From an uncultured delta proteobacterium (GTDB taxonomy: Bacteria; Myxococcota; Myxococcia; Myxococcales; Anaeromyxobacteraceae): DNA of 64,000 bases. A program made the translations under genes and the position numbers. A model generated the notes under the pieces. That model searched no databases. It worked only from the letters and a program-made list of their open reading frames with translations, and was not told the origin of the DNA. The number at the start of each line of letters is the position of its first letter. Position 1 is the stretch's first letter. Where the stretch lies: NCBI GenBank assembly GCA_963814585.1, contig CAWFDF010000014.1:64001-128000 (forward strand). Reading direction: 5' to 3'. This document shows, piece by piece, positions 46,141-56,969 of the stretch.

Positions 46141-47366
46141 GCCCTGTTGCCCTTGACGGGCGAATCAGGTGCGACGGGCTGCGCAAGGTACTGGAACACG
46201 CGCCGTTTGCCAAGCCCTCCCCCCACTTTTCGGGCCCTTGGCAAGGTCGGCGGCGACTGAAGGCCCGCCAGCAGCGCCCGGACCGCGGATGAGATGCCGA
46301 GGCGCTCCGCCTCCAAGGAGGTCGCCCAGCGGAGGTCCGACCCTTCAGGACGAGCCCCCGTCCGGACCTCGTACGCCACCAGCGTCAGCTCCCGGTGCGT
46401 CAGCGTGCGCCGCGCGGCGGCCAGCTCCCGTCCCACCTCCACCGGGACGCCGAGCGCGCGCGAGAGCCCGTCCGCCAGCACGATCCGGGCGCGGGCCGCG
46501 CTGGTTCGCCGCGCCGGCAAGGGCACCGCCGGCGGCGCCCAGAGCCCCCCGAAGAGCCCCGGGGACGGGCTCCGCTGGAGGAGCATCCGGGGACCATGGC
46601 GGATCACCGCGAAGCCGATCCGCTGCCGCCGCCTCGCCGGCCGCCGGCGCGCCGGCGGCAGCTCCCGCTCCCGCCCGCCCCGGCGCGCCTCGCAGAGCGA
46701 GGCCACCGGGCAGCGCTCGCAGCGCGGGATCGGCTTCACGCAGCGGGTCGCGCCGAGCTCGATGAGCGCCTGGGTCCAGTCCCCGGGCCGCTCCGGCCCG
46801 AGCAGGGCGGCCGCCAGCGCGGCCACCCGCGTCCTCGCCGCGGCGCCTTCCGGCGGCCCGTCGACGGCGAAGAGCCGGGCCACCACCCGCGCCACGTTCC
46901 CATCGACCGCCGGGGCCGGGATGCCGAAGGCGATGGAGGCCACCGCCCCGGTGGTGTACGGGCCGAAGCCAGGCAGCGCCGACAGCCCTTCGAGCGACGC
47001 CGGCAGGCCACCGTGGCGTGCCAGGGCCTCGCGAGCGGCGCGGTGGAGGGAGCGGGCGCGGGCGTAGTAGCCGAGGCCGCTCCACCTGGCCAGCACCTCC
47101 TCCTCGCCCGCCGCCGCCAGCGCGCCCAGCGTCGGGAAGGCCTCGAGGAAGCGCCGGTAGTAGGGGATGACCCTCGCCACCTGCGTCTGCTGCAGCATCG
47201 CCTCGGAGAGCCAGACCCGGTACGGATTGGCCCGGCCCTCGTCGAAGCGCCACGGGAGCTCGCGCCGGGCCACGTGGTACCAGGCCAGCAGCCGCCGGCG
47301 CAGCGCGCGGCGGCGTGCGGAGTGGACGAGGGGCGCGCCCCGCCTCGGTCCCGGCGCTCTCGTCAC
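46137..47366 (-). CDS. mutY: A/G-specific adenine glycosylase
   Basis: SEAMLQQTQV, WSGLGYYARAR, LPGFGPYT, DGNVARV, Fe-S motif C-x6-C-x2-C-x5-C; start uncertain. Confidence 0.93.
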   Translation of the reverse strand: MTRAPGPRRGAPLVHSARRRALRRRLLAWYHVARRELPWRFDEGRANPYRVWLSEAMLQQTQVARVIPYYRRFLEAFPTLGALAAAGEEEVLARWSGLGYYARARSLHRAAREALARHGGLPASLEGLSALPGFGPYTTGAVASIAFGIPAPAVDGNVARVVARLFAVDGPPEGAAARTRVAALAAALLGPERPGDWTQALIELGATRCVKPIPRCERCPVASLCEARRGGRERELPPARRRPARRRQRIGFAVIRHGPRMLLQRSPSPGLFGGLWAPPAVPLPARRTSAARARIVLADGLSRALGVPVEVGRELAAARRTLTHRELTLVAYEVRTGARPEGSDLRWATSLEAERLGISSAVRALLAGLQSPPTLPRARKVGGGLGKRRVFQYLAQPVAPDSPVKGNRA

Positions 47367-47456
47367 GTCATCCTGCCTGGCCCTGGACGCCGAGCGCCCG
47401 AGCCCGGCCACCGTGACCGGGCCGGGCTCGAGGCGAGGCGGGGGGGGGGGTCGCGG

Positions 47457-48062
47457 CTACTTGATGCGCCGGTCGACCGCTTCCCAGCTGACGTTCTTGA
47501 AGAAGGCCTCGACGTACTTGCCGCGCTCGAAGGCCTTGTAGTCGCGCATGAAGGCATGTTCCCAGCCGTCGAGGGCCAGCACCGTGCCGAAGCCGGTCGG
47601 CACGTTGTTCTCGTGGAGGGTGACGAAGTGGTTGGAGAGCCAGCCGGTGTTCGGATCCTGGAAGGTCATGGCCCAGCCGATGCCCGGCATGGTGGCGACC
47701 GCCTTGAAGTCGGCCAGCCAGAGGTCGAACTTGCCGTAGCTGGCCTCGACGGCCTTGCGGAACTTCGAGCCGGCCGGCGGCTCGGCCTGGGCGCCGGGGG
47801 TGAGGTTGCCGAAATAATACTCGTGGTTGATCATGCCGCCGTACTCGAAGCCGAGGCGGCGGGTCAGCTCGGCGTAGACCGGGTCGGCGCCGGAGGCCTT
47901 GCCCTCGCTGGCCAGCGCGAAGAGCTTCTCGGTCAGGGCGTTGGTCCGCTTGACGTAGCCCTCGTAGAGCTTGAGGTGCTCCTCGACCTGGTCGTTGGAG
48001 ATGCCGGCCAGCCCACGAACCTTCGAGAAGTCGTGCGGAGCGTATTTCTTCACGTCTGCCAT
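47457..48062 (-). CDS. Fe/Mn superoxide dismutase family protein (divergent subgroup)
   Basis: EEHLKLYEGYV, NHEYYF, GIGWA, DGWEHAF. Confidence 0.87.
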   Translation of the reverse strand: MADVKKYAPHDFSKVRGLAGISNDQVEEHLKLYEGYVKRTNALTEKLFALASEGKASGADPVYAELTRRLGFEYGGMINHEYYFGNLTPGAQAEPPAGSKFRKAVEASYGKFDLWLADFKAVATMPGIGWAMTFQDPNTGWLSNHFVTLHENNVPTGFGTVLALDGWEHAFMRDYKAFERGKYVEAFFKNVSWEAVDRRIK

Positions 48063-48193
48063 GGTCCCTCCGGTGGCGTCGGGCCGACGGGCCCGCGAGC
48101 ACGGTTGTTTCACCGTGCGATAGGGCCGGCGGGGCGCCGCGTCAAGGCATCCTTCGGGGCCCTGCCCGGGCCGCCGGGTGCTACCCTGCCCTC

Positions 48194-49273
48194 ATGAGCT
48201 CCGCCCGCAGCCCCGTCCGCCTGCGGCGGCTCGTCCGGGGCGCCCTCCTCGGCCTGCTGCTGCTGGCGGCGGGGCCGGTCGTCCTCTGGTTCAGCCTCCC
48301 GGATCCGGCCGCCTGGGCCCGATCCAACCCCACCACCACCGCCCTCATCGAGCAGCGGCGCGCCGAGGCCCGCGCCGCCGGGCGGCCCTTCCGGCCGGAG
48401 CTGCGCTGGATCCCGCTGGAGCGGATCTCGAGGCGGCTGGTCGACGCGGTGGTCGCCTCGGAGGACGCCACCTTCTTCGGCCACCACGGCTTCGACTGGG
48501 AGGCGCTCCGGGAGGCCATCCGCCACAACATCGCCCGCGGCCGGTATGCCCGTGGCGCCTCGACCATCACCCAGCAGCTGGCCAAGAACCTCGCCCTCGG
48601 GACCGAGAAGAGCCTGCTGCGCAAGGGGCGCGAGGCCCTGCTGACCATCAGGCTGGAGCGCCGGCTCGACAAGCGCCGGCTCCTCGCGCTCTACCTCAAC
48701 GTGGTCGAGTGGGGCGACGGCGTCTTCGGCGCCGAGGCCGGCGCCCAGCGCCACTTCGGGACCAGCGCCGCCTCGTTGACCACGGCCCAGGCGGTGGTGC
48801 TGGCCTCGATGCTCCCGGCGCCCCGGCGGGCCGCTCTCTCCCCGGCCCCGGCCTGGCTGGCCGCTCGATCCCGCGGGCTGCTCGACCGGCTCCGGGACGA
48901 GCAGGTGGTCTCCATGGCCGAGCACGCCACCGCCCGGGCCGAGCTGGAGGGCTACCTGGGCCGGGCGCAGGTGCCGGGACCGGGCGAGGAAGAGGCCGAG
49001 CCGCCGGCCGACGACTCGCCCGACGCGGTGACGCCGCCGGGGCCTCCAGGCGAGGTCACCCCGGCGCCACCGTCTCCTGTGGACGCGCCGGCCAGCCCGG
49101 CAGGTGCCTCAACCGCCACCCCGGCAGCTGCCTCGACCGCCACCCCGGCAGGCGCCTCGACCGCCACCCCGGGGACGGGCGCCGCTGACGCCGTCGATCC
49201 GGCCGGGCCAGCCGGGGACGAGCCCGCCAGGCCGCCTGGCCCCGAGCCCGCTACCGGCCGCGCTTCTCCTTGA
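48194..49273 (+). CDS. mtgA: Monofunctional peptidoglycan transglycosylase with low-complexity tail
   Basis: SED..FFGHHG.D, GASTITQQLAKN, RK..E, YLN.VEWG. Confidence 0.9.
   Translation: MSSARSPVRLRRLVRGALLGLLLLAAGPVVLWFSLPDPAAWARSNPTTTALIEQRRAEARAAGRPFRPELRWIPLERISRRLVDAVVASEDATFFGHHGFDWEALREAIRHNIARGRYARGASTITQQLAKNLALGTEKSLLRKGREALLTIRLERRLDKRRLLALYLNVVEWGDGVFGAEAGAQRHFGTSAASLTTAQAVVLASMLPAPRRAALSPAPAWLAARSRGLLDRLRDEQVVSMAEHATARAELEGYLGRAQVPGPGEEEAEPPADDSPDAVTPPGPPGEVTPAPPSPVDAPASPAGASTATPAAASTATPAGASTATPGTGAADAVDPAGPAGDEPARPPGPEPATGRASP
49096..49172 (+). repeat. 24-bp in-frame tandem repeat, about 3 copies
   Basis: gcctc(a/g)accgccaccccgg units start at 49106, 49130 and 49154 and encode ASTATPxx. 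Confidence 0.85.
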
Positions 49274-50186
49274 AGTACCGGAAGGTCCGGGCCAGCCCCT
49301 GCTCGATGCCCACCTCCGCCCTCCAGCCGAGCGCCTGCCCCGCCGCCGTCGGATCGATGCAGGAGCGGCGCTGCTCGCCGAGCCGCGCCTCGGCGTGGAT
49401 CGGCGGCGCCGCCGAGCCGGCCGCGCGGGCCAGCCCGGCGTGGAGCTGCGTGACGTCGGTCTCCACGCCGGTCCCGATGTTGAGCGCCCCGGAGAAGGAC
49501 CGCTCCGCCGCCAGCAGGTTGGCGCGGGCCACGTCCTCCACGTAGACGTAGTCGCGGGTCTGCAACCCGTCCCCGTAGATGGTGCACGGCCTCCCGTCGA
49601 TGAGCCGGCCGCAGAAGATGGCCACCACGCCCGCCTCGCCGTGCGGATCCTGGCGCGGCCCGTAGACGTTGGCGTACCGGAGCGCGGCGTAGGGGATCCC
49701 GTGGTTGGCCCGGTAGACGCCCAGGTAGAGCTCGCTGGCCGCCTTGGCGGCGCCGTAGTGGGAGAGCGGGAGCTGCGGGTGGCGCTCCGGGGTCGGGATC
49801 ACCGGCGTGTCGCCGTAGGTGGCGCCGCCGCTGGACGCGAAGAGCACCTGCTTCACCGATCCGGCGCGCACCGCCGCCTGCATCAGGTTGAGCAGCCCAC
49901 CCAGGTTCACGTCGGCGTCGAAGCGCGGATCGCTCATGGACCGGCGCACGTCGATCTGGGCGGCGTGGTGGCAGAGGACCTCCGGCCGTTCCTGCTCGAC
50001 GGCCTCGGCGGCGGCCGCGCCGCGCACGTCGCACGGGTAGAAGCGCGCGGCCGAGGGCACGTTCTCCCGCTTCCCGGTGGAGAGGTCGTCCACGATGGCC
50101 ACGTCCCAGCCGGCGCCGAGGAAGGCGTCGGCGATGGTCGAGCCGATGAAGCCGGCCCCGCCGGTGATCAAGATCCGCTTCGCCAC
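49251..50186 (-). CDS. NAD-dependent epimerase (UDP-glucose 4-epimerase-like)
   Basis: TGGAGFIGS, ASSGGATYG, YGAAK, RYANVYGPRQ. Confidence 0.9.
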   Translation of the reverse strand: MAKRILITGGAGFIGSTIADAFLGAGWDVAIVDDLSTGKRENVPSAARFYPCDVRGAAAAEAVEQERPEVLCHHAAQIDVRRSMSDPRFDADVNLGGLLNLMQAAVRAGSVKQVLFASSGGATYGDTPVIPTPERHPQLPLSHYGAAKAASELYLGVYRANHGIPYAALRYANVYGPRQDPHGEAGVVAIFCGRLIDGRPCTIYGDGLQTRDYVYVEDVARANLLAAERSFSGALNIGTGVETDVTQLHAGLARAAGSAAPPIHAEARLGEQRRSCIDPTAAGQALGWRAEVGIEQGLARTFRYFKEKRGR

Positions 50187-50244
50187 GTTCCGCTCCCGGA
50201 CCCGCGCAGGGCCGCCCTCGTGCCGCGCCCGGAGGCTGGATCCC

Positions 50245-51198
50245 TCACCTCGTGGAGGCCGCGACCTGCTCGCGGAACCACGGGACGGTGAGGCGCATCC
50301 CCTCCTCGAAGTCGATCGCCGGCGCCCATCCCAGCACCTCGCGGGCCCGGCTGACGTCGGGCCGTCGCAGGCGCGGGTCGTCCTGGGGAAGCGGCCTGAA
50401 GGCGATGGGGCAGGTCGAGCCGACGTGGCGCTGGACCGCCTCGGCGAAGGCCAGGATGGTCATCTCCACCGGGTTGCCGATGTTGACCGGCTCGGCGTAC
50501 CCGGAGCGGAGCAGCCGCCAGATCCCCTCGACGTTGTCGGAGACGTAGCAGAAGGAGCGGGTCTGGGAGCCGTCGCCGAAGACCGTGAGGGGCTCGCCTC
50601 GCAGCGCCTGGCCCACCAGCGTCGGGACCACCCGGCCGTCGTCCAGCCGCATGCGTGGCCCGTAGGTGTTGAAGATCCGGGCGATGCGGGTCTCCACCTT
50701 CTTGTAGCGCCGGTAGGCCATGGTGACGGCCTCGGCGAAGCGCTTGGCCTCGTCGTAGACCGAGCGGGGACCGATGGGGTTGACGTTGCCCCAGTAGCTC
50801 TCGCGCTGCGGGTGCTCCAGCGGATCGCCGTAGACCTCGCTGGTGGAGGACAGCAGGAAGCGAGCCCCCTTCCGCTCGGCCAGCTGGAGCATGCGATCGA
50901 CACCGATCGAGCCGACGTGCATGGTCTCGAAGGGCTTCTCCAGGTAGTCGATGGGCGAGGCCGGCGAGGCGAAGTCGAGCACTGCGGCCACCGGCCCGGT
51001 CACGTCGAACGGGTCGCAGATGTCCTGCTGCAGGAACGCGAAGCGGGGCTCCCGGGCCAGGTGGGCCAGGTTGGCCAGGGTCCCGGTCACCAGGTTGTCC
51101 ACGCCGAGCACGTCCCAGCCCTCGCCCAGGAACCGGTCGGCGAGGTGGCTGCCGATGAACCCGGCGGCGCCGAGGATGACCGCTCGCTGCTTCTCCAT
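50245..51198 (-). CDS. UDP-glucuronate decarboxylase (UDP-xylose synthase) family protein
   Basis: [52 protein letters not shown]. Confidence 0.92.
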   Translation of the reverse strand: MEKQRAVILGAAGFIGSHLADRFLGEGWDVLGVDNLVTGTLANLAHLAREPRFAFLQQDICDPFDVTGPVAAVLDFASPASPIDYLEKPFETMHVGSIGVDRMLQLAERKGARFLLSSTSEVYGDPLEHPQRESYWGNVNPIGPRSVYDEAKRFAEAVTMAYRRYKKVETRIARIFNTYGPRMRLDDGRVVPTLVGQALRGEPLTVFGDGSQTRSFCYVSDNVEGIWRLLRSGYAEPVNIGNPVEMTILAFAEAVQRHVGSTCPIAFRPLPQDDPRLRRPDVSRAREVLGWAPAIDFEEGMRLTVPWFREQVAASTR

Positions 51199-51200
51199 GG

Positions 51201-51395
51201 TCAGCGCTTTCCCCGTCCGAGGTCGTCCAGCGTCAGCTGCCCGGGGAGCGCGCCGCGGTACTTCTCCAGCACCAGGTCGATCCCCTGCCGGATGTACTCG
51301 GCGACCGGCACGCGGGTCCGCTGGTGGAGCAGCTTCAGCGCCTCCCCCTGCTCGGGCGTGATGTAGACGGTGGTGGAGATCTTCTTCCGGGCCAT
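51201..51395 (-). CDS. Ribbon-helix-helix DNA-binding protein
   Basis: 64 aa; strand STTVYI followed by two helices ([14 protein letters not shown]). Confidence 0.82.
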   Translation of the reverse strand: MARKKISTTVYITPEQGEALKLLHQRTRVPVAEYIRQGIDLVLEKYRGALPGQLTLDDLGRGKR

Positions 51396-51406
51396 GCGGT
51401 TCGCTG

Positions 51407-51482
51407 AAGGTAGGTGAGCGTGGGAGTGCTGTCAAACCGCCGGCGCCGCGCCTTGAGCGCGGCGCGGACGCGGCGCTACAAT
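51407..51482. promoter_or_regulatory. Divergent sigma-70 promoters
   Basis: Minus: TTGACA(51435-51430)-N17-TACCTT. Plus: TTGAGC(51453)-N18-TACAAT(51477-51482). Confidence 0.7.
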
Positions 51483-51522
51483 GGCCGGCCTCGTCCCGGG
51501 GAGCACCGACAGGAACACCGAC

Positions 51523-52146
51523 ATGCGTCGAATCGCCGTCGCCACCTTGCTGCTCGTCGCCGCCTGCTCCTCCAGGCAGAGGGGCGTCGCGCCGGCGCCG
51601 GGGCCGGACGGCGTGGCACCCGCGGTGGCCGGCACGCCCCGCGCGGGCGAGACCGTCCAGGAGCTCGACCTCAACCACGACGGCCGCCCCGACGTCTGGA
51701 GCTACTCGGTGGGGGGAGCCGACGGCAAGGACATCGCCGTCCGCAAGGAGAAGGACCTCAACAACGACGGCAAGATCGACAGCTGGGAGGAGTTCGAGCC
51801 GGACGGCACGCTCGCCAAGCTGACCTACGACATGGACTTCGACACCAAGCCGGACCTCACGCTCTTCTTCGAGAAGGACCAGCTGGTGCGCAAGGCCTAC
51901 GCCTTCGGCTTCGACGGTGTCCCGCACAGCTTCAGCCACTACGAGAAGGGCAAGCTGGCGCGGAAGGAGCGGGACACCAACGGAGACGGCCGGATCGACA
52001 CCTGGGAGTACTGGGAGGACGGCCAGGTCGATCGCGTCGGCCTCGACCTCGACGGCGACGGCCAGGTGGAGCGCTGGGAGAACCGCCGGGCCGCGCCGGG
52101 CACCGGGGGCGAGCCTCCCGCGAGTGCCCCGACCCAGGCGAGATGA
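51523..52146 (+). CDS. Lipoprotein with repeated Dx[DN]xDG calcium-binding-like motifs
   Basis: Lipobox [39 protein letters not shown]. Confidence 0.8.
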   Translation: MRRIAVATLLLVAACSSRQRGVAPAPGPDGVAPAVAGTPRAGETVQELDLNHDGRPDVWSYSVGGADGKDIAVRKEKDLNNDGKIDSWEEFEPDGTLAKLTYDMDFDTKPDLTLFFEKDQLVRKAYAFGFDGVPHSFSHYEKGKLARKERDTNGDGRIDTWEYWEDGQVDRVGLDLDGDGQVERWENRRAAPGTGGEPPASAPTQAR

Positions 52147-52152
52147 CGTGAC

Positions 52153-52288
52153 GAGAGAGTCGAGACCGAAGCGAGGCGGGCGCCCGAGGAGGGAGCAGCG
52201 GAAGCGTAGTAGCGCTACGTTGAGCAGCGGACCGACGAGGCCGCCTGCCGCAGCGAGAGGATCGGCTCTCGCAGTAGGCATCTTGCCT
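52153..52288. repeat. Structured intergenic element (REP/MITE-like or ncRNA)
   Basis: Nested pairings 52155-63/52262-70, 52175-82/52242-49 and 52204-09/52215-20; direct repeat GAGCAGCGGA. Confidence 0.5.
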
Positions 52289-52307
52289 GGGTCGGGGCAC
52301 TAGGTAG

Positions 52308-52787
52308 TCACGGGTAGTAGGCGACGCCGACCGTGGCCTCGGCCCTCGCGCCGGCGCCGGACGTCCAGCGCCAGCCGATCGCCACCGACAGCGAGAGCGC
52401 TCGCGCGGCGAAGAGCTCGACGCCGGCCCGGCCCGCGGCGGTCGGGGCGACCGCCAGGCCGGCGGTGGGCACCTGCACCCCGGCCTCGAGCCCGAGCAGC
52501 GGCCGCCAGCGGCCGGCGTCCGGGCTCCATCGAAGGCCGAGCGCAGGCGTCAGGGCGTCCGCGCCCCGGTCGCCTGGCCGATCCGCGGACCCGAGGCCGA
52601 GCCTCGCCTCCGCGTCGAGATCCCCTCCGATCCAGAACGAGGCGACGGCGGCAAGGCGTGCCGAGGCCCCTCCGGGCGCCCTGGAGACCGCGGTCTCGAT
52701 GGAGAATCCGACGGGTGGCGCCAGCGGCCAGGCCTGGGCCGGAACCGCCAGCAACAGCGTGAGCGCGAGGTGGTCGAGGGATGGCAT
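52308..52787 (-). CDS. Small exported beta-barrel-like protein
   Basis: Signal peptide, amphipathic strands, C-terminal VGVAYYP. Confidence 0.6.
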   Translation of the reverse strand: MPSLDHLALTLLLAVPAQAWPLAPPVGFSIETAVSRAPGGASARLAAVASFWIGGDLDAEARLGLGSADRPGDRGADALTPALGLRWSPDAGRWRPLLGLEAGVQVPTAGLAVAPTAAGRAGVELFAARALSLSVAIGWRWTSGAGARAEATVGVAYYP

Positions 52788-52819
52788 GTGGCACGGGGGG
52801 AGCAAGGACCGTGCTCGCC

Positions 52820-53629
52820 ATGCCCTTCCGACCACCTCGGGGCGGCCACCATCCCCGCTCCGTTCCCCGCCTGTCCTCCCTCGCCCTCCCCGCCCTCGTC
52901 GCGCTGGCCGCCGGCTGTCCGGCCTCGCCGGTGGTCCACCCCCGCGCGGCCGAGGAGCTGCGCCGCGGCTACGCCTACCTCGAGGCCGGCGAGGCCGAGC
53001 GCGCCGAGGTGGCGTTCGAGCACGCGCTGGAGTTCGCGCCCGACCTCCCGGAGGGGTGGAACGGCCTCGGCGTGGTGGCCCGCGGCCGCCAGCAGGCCTC
53101 CACCGCCCGTGACCGCTTCGCGCACGCGGTCCGGCTCGCCCCCGGCTTCGCCGAAGGGCACGCCAACCTGGGTGAGGCGCTGCTCACCCTGGAGCGGCCC
53201 GCCGAGGCCGTCGACGAGCTCCGCGCCGCCCTGCGAATCGATCCCGACCTCGCCGCGGCCCGCCACAACCTGGCGCGGGCCCTGCTGCACCAGGGGCTGT
53301 CAGACCCCGCCTCCCGCGAGGCCCGCTGGCGCGAGGCCCGGCTGGAGTACCTCCACCTGCTCGAGTCGGTCCCCGACGCCCCGGCGGCCCACGCCGACCT
53401 CGCCTTCATGGACTACCTGTCGGGCCGCTTCGCGCCGGCCGAGCGCGGGTACCGGCGCGCCGCCGGGCTGGCCCCGACCGCGGAGCGGCTCCTCGGGCTC
53501 TGCCTCTCGCTGGCCAGGCTCGGCCGCTGCGGCGAGGCGGTCGCGGCCTGCGATCGCTGCCTCGCCCTCGACCCGGGCGCCGAGGCCTGCCGGGTGAGCC
53601 GGCGCGGCGCCGAGGCGTGCGCGGACTGA
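52820..53629 (+). CDS. TPR-repeat lipoprotein; start uncertain
   Basis: Lipobox LAAGC; TPR motifs WNGLG, HANLG, RHNLA. Confidence 0.8.
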   Translation: MPFRPPRGGHHPRSVPRLSSLALPALVALAAGCPASPVVHPRAAEELRRGYAYLEAGEAERAEVAFEHALEFAPDLPEGWNGLGVVARGRQQASTARDRFAHAVRLAPGFAEGHANLGEALLTLERPAEAVDELRAALRIDPDLAAARHNLARALLHQGLSDPASREARWREARLEYLHLLESVPDAPAAHADLAFMDYLSGRFAPAERGYRRAAGLAPTAERLLGLCLSLARLGRCGEAVAACDRCLALDPGAEACRVSRRGAEACAD

Positions 53630-53839
53630 TCGCGTCGGGGCCGGCTTCTGGTGGCCCCGACGCAAGGTTCCAGGAACGTCTCCTGAGGTTCGACTCGAGG
53701 CCGCGGACCTTCGCTCCGGAGCGCGGTCCACCTGCGCCCCGGCCGGTGGCGTCCCGCAGCGACCCTGCGGGCGTCCGGAACTGGAACGGCCGGCCCCGCG
53801 AACGGGACCGGCCGTGGAGAGGCGGAGGCTGGCCTGGGG

Positions 53840-54877
53840 CTACTTGATGTTCCAGGTGTCCGCGCCGGCCAGCAGCTTGGAGACGTCGACGTCACCCTTC
53901 TTGGTCTTGGCGGCGTTGATCATGTTCCAGGTCAGCTCCTCGGCGGTCGGCCGCGACACGTCGCGGAAGACGCCGATGGGGGTCGGGAACCCCGGCTTGA
54001 GCGACAGGTTGGCGAGCATGAAGGCCATGGTCGGGTCGTCGCGCTTGGCGTCGTGGACCAGGACGTCCTTCTCGGTGATGCCCCCCTCGCCGACGGTGAC
54101 CACCTCCATCTCCGCGCTCTGCGGGTTGAAGCGGATGCCCTTCTTGTTGTCCTTGCCGAAGAGCAGCGGCTTGCCGTGCTCCATGCGGAGGAGCGCGTCG
54201 GCCTTGACGCTCTTCTCGGTGATGGAGGTGTACGCGCCGTCGTTGAACACCGGGCAGTTCTGGTAGATCTCGGTGAAGCAGCTGCCCTTGTGCTCGGCGG
54301 CCGACTTGAGCACCGTGCCGAGGTGGGCGCCCTCCACGTCGATGGAGCGGGCCACGAAGGTGGCGCCCGAGCCGATGGCGAGGGCCGGCGGGTTGAAGGG
54401 CGCGTCCGGGGAGCCGTGCGGCGTGGTCTTGGTCTTCTTGCCCAGCTCGGACGTGGGGGAGACCTGGCCCTTGGTCAGGCCGTAGATGCGGTTGTTGAAC
54501 AGCAGCATCTTCAGGTCGATGTTGCGCCGCATGGCGTGGATGAAGTGGTTGCCGCCGATGGCGAGCGCGTCGCCGTCGCCGGTCACGATCCAGACCATCA
54601 GCTCCGGGCGGGACACCTTGAGCCCCGACGCGAAGGATGGGGCGCGGCCGTGCAGCGTGTGCATCCCGTAGTTGTTCATGTAGTACGGGAAGCGCGACGA
54701 GCAGCCGATGCCGGAGATGAAGACGATGTCCTCCCTCTTGTGGCCGACGGCGGGCAGCACCTTCTGCACCTGGTTGATGATGGAGAAGTCGCCGCAGCCG
54801 GGGCACCAGCGGGGGTCGACGCCGGACTCGAAGTCCTTCTTGCTGTAGACGGGAAGTGCCGTGTTCTCGGTAGCCAT
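53840..54877 (-). CDS. korB: 2-oxoacid:ferredoxin oxidoreductase beta subunit
   Basis: WCPGCGD, SGIGCSS, HGRA, GDGD...NN, YGLTKGQ. Confidence 0.93.
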   Translation of the reverse strand: MATENTALPVYSKKDFESGVDPRWCPGCGDFSIINQVQKVLPAVGHKREDIVFISGIGCSSRFPYYMNNYGMHTLHGRAPSFASGLKVSRPELMVWIVTGDGDALAIGGNHFIHAMRRNIDLKMLLFNNRIYGLTKGQVSPTSELGKKTKTTPHGSPDAPFNPPALAIGSGATFVARSIDVEGAHLGTVLKSAAEHKGSCFTEIYQNCPVFNDGAYTSITEKSVKADALLRMEHGKPLLFGKDNKKGIRFNPQSAEMEVVTVGEGGITEKDVLVHDAKRDDPTMAFMLANLSLKPGFPTPIGVFRDVSRPTAEELTWNMINAAKTKKGDVDVSKLLAGADTWNIK

Positions 54878-54899
54878 GTCCGTTTGTCCTTTCGGGTCC

Positions 54900-56744
<1,845 letters not shown>

Positions 56745-56969
56745 GTGGCCCTGCATCTCCTTGCGAGGGGGACCCAAGCTACAAAAAGGGCGTCATGTAT
56801 GCCGGATCAGCCCCCCGAAGTCAACGAAGGCGCCCCGCAAGCCAGCGAAACAACAGGCTTATGCTGGACCTGACTCGTCCGTTTTCCATTCCAAGGAGGG
56901 ACCCCTGCCCGGAAAGGGCGCGGATTCGGGGTGTTTGGGAGTCCCTGCCGCGCCCCGGAATGGCCGCGC

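Noticed and set aside
49096..49172. Possible mini-CRISPR
   Set aside because: Contiguous in-frame 24-bp units without spacers, and no cas genes.
56790..56830. korAB promoter (TTGACT with weak -10)
   Set aside because: The -35 is good but no convincing -10 at 16-18 nt, so it is not called as a feature.
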